Assembly: GCA_964016885.1 (NCBI GenBank)
Contig: OZ024749.1
Location: 50,158,001-50,222,000 of the forward strand
Direction of reading: 5' to 3'
DNA length: 64,000 nucleotides
DNA from: Eledone cirrhosa
Taxonomy: Eukaryota
Shown here: piece after piece, positions 59,201 to 64,000 of the stretch
Layout of the letters: the number at the start of each line of letters is the position of its first letter
Position numbering within the stretch: the stretch's first letter is position 1
Notes under the pieces: model-generated
Databases searched by the model: none
Seen by the model: only the letters and a program-made list of their open reading frames with translations
Told to the model about the DNA's origin: nothing
Position numbers and translations under genes: made by a program

Positions 59201-59597
59201 ATACTTTGGGAGGGTCATGTTGCCAATAAGAAACACACGCACCAGCGCTTTCGCTTCAATTTATAATAATACATTTATAAATTTAGGAATTTATAAATTT
59301 CCGTTTGGTTGGTTGGTTCCACAACCAGATGATTGTTTATATATTGTCAAAGTTCGTTCGTCAAACATTGTGTGACCTCTTCAGTGACTAGGGATTTTTT
59401 TCTTTGTTTTTGTGCCTCTCCTTTGTTCTGTCCTACGCCATCCTGTTTTTGTGTGTGTGTCGTGTGCTTAGTTTGCGCATGTGTTACATCCGGGTGTCTG
59501 TGTGTGTTTATATTCGTTTATTTATTTGTTTATTTACATGTTACTGGTTGGTTGTTTGTTCTATGCGCGTGTGTGTTTTCATTTTGTCCTTAATTGT
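59193..59597 (-). mobile_element. solo 3' UTR/pLTR of PLE lineage 1, inserted at (TA)n
   Basis: Colinear reverse-complement match to 32057-32447. Confidence 0.93.
59346..59388 (-). ncRNA. minimal hammerhead motif in PLE pLTR
   Basis: Reverse complement: GTCA CTGAAGA ggtcacac aat gtttgac GAA cgaac TT TGAC (one A of GAAA missing). Confidence 0.65.
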
Positions 59598-60928
59598 ACG
59601 TATGTATGTATGGGTCTGTGTACGTATATATATATATATATATATAAATATAAATATATATATATGTGTCTGTGTGTGTGTATACATATATATATATATA
59701 TATATCACACCCACCCTCTGTCACACACACACACACACGCCACGTGCGCGCGCAGAATCGGTAATATTTTCATTTTCATTTTCGTTTGTATATTATATCG
59801 GAACCTGTGCATCTAAAACGAGAACTATTGAACAATTCTCTTTAATATGTAGCCATTAGGAATGACGAACGGATTTGCAACTACATGATTGAATATAAAA
59901 AAAAATCATGTATTACAATGCATACAACGCGAACAACTGTATTGAACAACTGATAAAACGAACATTTGGCGCGTGCAATATGAAAGGATATAGAAAATGC
60001 AGTGACAGTTTTCTTCTTGTATTTTCCTCTTGAAAACGTTCATTAGCTCTTTTTCCGCATTTTGTCAAAAGAGGCTTCACAAAATTGTTCTTTTAATGAT
60101 GTATCACGCACATTTTATTAAAAGGGAATTTGGAAATGCTAAATTCTTCTGAATTATTAACTACATTTTGTAAGAAACACAAGCTTTCTTAGATAATGTT
60201 TTCTTCTGCAGTACTTCAGATATGTGCCGTTCTTTTCAAAGAAGCATTACAATGAAACTTTTGTTACGACTACCAGCTTCTTCACTGAAGTGTTGCGGAG
60301 ATCGTGTCATTTATGACCAAATTTGCAGTACATTCACAAAAAGAAGAGACAACATCTCCTGTTATCCTAGAGTTGGACCATCTAAAACAAAGGATCGAAT
60401 CAAATAGATGTAGATGAATAATAAATATTAATCTTGATAGTACACTTGATAGAAAAACAATAAAACTGGATAGAAAAATAATAGAATCATAGAAATATAG
60501 GTTTATTTCATCTAGAGCTATGTAATCGGCTTTCTGATAGCAGTTGCTATATATGACAAGTTCCTATGAGGTGGGTTATTGAGTACTGCAGCACAGAGTC
60601 AGATTTATTGACTGATTCCTATATTTTCCTTGCTGCTTCCAGAAACGGATAATTATGTTAGAGTGTGTGAACTGCTAAATTCTATTTCTTTTCTTAACAA
60701 AAAAAATAATAAGTATAGAGGAAGCATGCGTTATATATACCCACGCATGTATTCAGCCTTAAACGTCAGACTCACATTAAATGTAAGCTGAATGTCCAGG
60801 AACATCGGCATTCCGTTCGTTTGTCTATCAGATTTAAATTACTGCAGTACGTGTCAGTAAATTTCCTTCTAATAATTGTTTCTACATTTGGCACAAGGCC
60901 AGCAATTACCCAATACATTACTCAGACC

Positions 60929-61064
60929 AGTTACGGCTCTTTATGGTCTGAGTTCAAATCCCGCCGAGGTTAACTTTGCCTTTCATCCTTACATGGTTGA
61001 TAAAATAAAGTACCAGTAATATATTGAGTAATTGCCGGCCTTGTGCCAAAAGTAGAAACAATTA
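60929..61064 (+). mobile_element. SINE family 1, 5'-truncated, with inverted copy of its 3' end at 60871-60922
   Basis: B box, central domain and tail; part of an inverted repeat with arms of about 130 bp. Confidence 0.88.
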
Positions 61065-61371
61065 TTCGTAAGAAATTTACTGACACGTACTGCAGTAATA
61101 TAAATCTGAAAGAAAAACGAACGTAATGACGACGTTCCTGGACAGTTATTGCATTTAAATAATTCAAACTATTCAATAAGAAATGTTTGTCCTAAGATAA
61201 AACTGAAAACTGGTAACTGCATTGTAAACTCTGTAAATACACAATGTATTCATACCTGTGGGTTTCACCACCGCGTCCTTCCGATTCTATTCGGAAAAAA
61301 ATTCTTAAATCCATACACCCACAAACACAAATACACGCACCTACTTGAAGGCTCACAGACACACACACGTA

Positions 61372-61502
<131 letters not shown>

Positions 61503-62533
61503 GTGTGTGTGTGTCTTTGTGTGTGTGTGTGCGTGTATGTGCGTATGTGTATGAATATATATATATGCATATTTATATATGTATATGTGTATGTATGTAC
61601 ATAGGTGTGTATAAGAATTCCTTTATATGTACGCCTGTTTATATATATGTGTAATTGTGTGATTACATAAAGACACACGCATATCCACTAACATACATTC
61701 ACCATTGTATTTAGTCATATATAATGTGTTGCATACATAATGATGAACATGTTAATAATATATACGTTGTCAGTTCAAATTAATTCTGAACTAAATTCAA
61801 ACACAATGATGTGAAAAGAGATTTAGAAAGTTTTACTATGCAACATATTCACCTCTAGATAAACTGCATATAACTCAATTCAGTTGAGAAACACACTATC
61901 GCCACATACGAGTATGTAATCACAAGGCAAATGAGTACAAACATTTAATGCATTGTGCAACTCTCAGAAATAAATTTCAAAAACCCGCCTTTGTCAATCG
62001 TACCGCAACAATCGATTAAACTGATTATATTAAAAACGTTAATATTAAACGATTTACAACGAAATAAGGTCAGGGAAATCATCCCTAAATGTTATATAAT
62101 TTGAAAAGGAATACGAAAATTATAGTTTATGCTTATGCTATTTCCATTTAATGCCTGCATATCTGATTTGCAAATAATTTATCTGAATTTCCGTTACAGA
62201 CTTCTAACACACGATGCAAATTTATCTGTGAACATTTAAATAGTCCCTATGTAAAAGACTTCTTAATAATTCACCAGAGGAATAACATTATTTCCGTTGC
62301 ACAGATATGTTATATTATGAAGAATCTTTTGATTTGAATGAAAATAGATATGTATATGTCTACATACATAAATTTATATTTTATAAAATAATATATTTGT
62401 TCTTACCTGGCAAACTTAACTTTCAGGAATTTCAAAACATTCATATTTTAGCCTTCAATACTTAGTATGCTCTAAGTATATTTATTTTAATACAGTGGAT
62501 ATCGATCTTCACACAATCTCCACGTTCTCTCTG

Positions 62534-62624
<91 letters not shown>

Positions 62625-62940
62625 CCAATAGAATATTTGACCCAACTTTGTCATCTAGCCCCATTTTTACTTGTAGTTAATAAATCAAATAGCTTTGACT
62701 AACTGAGATCATTATAAGTTACCTCCCGTACATTGTCTCTCAATTAAAACAATTTAAAATTAGCACTTAACTATAAACTACCCACAATTTCTAATTTCTC
62801 GAGGAGTTACTTCCCCTGAAACCACCCTCTAATTAGTAAGGTAAATATGATTATGGCTGACAACTGATGCAACCAAGACACAATAGTGAAAAATCAATAT
62901 ATGGAACTTTATAGTATGTAACAATCTCTCATTTATATTC

Positions 62941-63136
62941 GCGGTGGATTGGCAGTATCGGTAGAGGGTCGGGCGCCATGCTTTGATGCATAGAGTTGCG
63001 GCCCTTGCCATTCTGGGTTCAAATCCCGCCGAGGTGAACTTTGCCTTTCATCCTTATGGGGTCGATAAAATAAAGTACCAGTAATACACTGGTTAATTGC
63101 TGGCCTTGTGCCAAAAAGGTAGAAACAATTATTTTA
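62941..63136 (+). mobile_element. SINE family 1, short variant, full length
   Basis: Consensus match with target-site duplication (TSD) atttatattc (62931-62940 and 63137-63146). Confidence 0.93.
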
Positions 63137-63154
63137 ATTTATATTCCTTTGAAA

Positions 63155-63272
63155 TTCCGATGAGCCGCTCTGTTTTTTAAATATGTTAATTATTTTCAAC
63201 TGAACCAGTTCAATTATGATATATAGTCATCTGATCCAGAAATATTATATGGAGTAGCGAAACAATTGTAAA
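63155..63272 (+). ncRNA. degenerate hammerhead-like motif between two SINEs
   Basis: tt CCGATGA gccgctct...ggagtagc GAAA CAATTG TA aa. Confidence 0.5.
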
Positions 63273-63298
63273 CGGACATTATTATTATTAATATTATA

Positions 63299-63492
63299 GG
63301 GCGGTGGATTGGCAGATCGGTAGAGGGTCGGACGCCATGCTTTCCAGCATAGTTACGTCCCTTTATGATCTGAGTTCAAATCCCGCCGAGGTTGATTTTG
63401 CCTTTCATCCTTACGGGGTCGATAAAATAAAGTACCAGTAATGCACTGGATAATTGCTGGCCTTGTGTCAAAAGTAGAAACAATTATTATTA
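63299..63492 (+). mobile_element. SINE family 1, short variant, full length
   Basis: gggcggtggattggcag...gagttcaaatcccgccgagg...gcctttcatccttacggggtcgataaaataaagtaccag...agtagaaacaattattatt. Confidence 0.94.
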
Positions 63493-64000
63493 ATATTAGT
63501 ATTATTATTATCTACATTCCTTACATAAAATAGATTAAAACTTACACACACACACAGACACACACACATATTGACATTTGAAAACGATTGATATGTTATT
63601 AGAAACCTATATAACGTATGGGCCTGCCTATTGTTTTCGTTATCGGGAATTATTTGCAATTGTAGAATATTATCCTTAGTCAGAATACCACGGAACCTAC
63701 TAATACAGTTCAGTTCTAATATATTACATATATCTGGGAATATATATGCATATGTTATTTCGTGACCATTCGTTACTAATTCCGTAGATATTAAGTTATT
63801 CCTTTCTATTAAAATTGAAGTTTAAAATGAAGTTGGTGAGTGTTGTATTATATGTTTATTATAAAATAGGTGAAACTGTCAAGATGTCTATATTCAAATG
63901 TTATTTTTAGTATAGATCTGTCAATGAAGTCTGCACTTTTAGATTCAAACTGATATAGTATTTACCGAATATCTGGCCATACAATACACTGATTATTTTA

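Overview
This is AT-rich, microsatellite-saturated eukaryotic DNA, intergenic or deep intronic, and I cannot support any host protein-coding exon. It is probably cephalopod (octopus-like); that is inferred from the SINE family and repeat landscape, not verified. Almost all ORFs in the track are translations of (TA)n, (CA)n or (GA)n arrays. Recognisable content: about 16 copies or fragments of one tRNA-derived SINE in two length variants; an older second SINE family; a decayed Chapaev/CMC-type DDE transposase (8.3-9.4 kb, minus); a 5'-truncated Penelope-like element (PLE) with RT plus C-terminal GIY-YIG (30.9-32.4 kb) and a solo inverted copy of its 3' UTR (59.2-59.6 kb); a second PLE lineage (20.6-21.7, 40.8-41.8, 42.6-42.9 kb); and two C-terminal fragments of CRE-like RLE retrotransposons. 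The main hidden signal is a dispersed set of about 8-10 type I hammerhead-ribozyme motifs (intact, degenerate or half), mostly in PLE 3' ends that abut (TA)n arrays. Paralogous copies show stem covariation, one motif has no stem II, and several exact or near-exact inverted duplications occur, including a perfect 56-bp-arm palindrome. All folding and alignments were done by eye.
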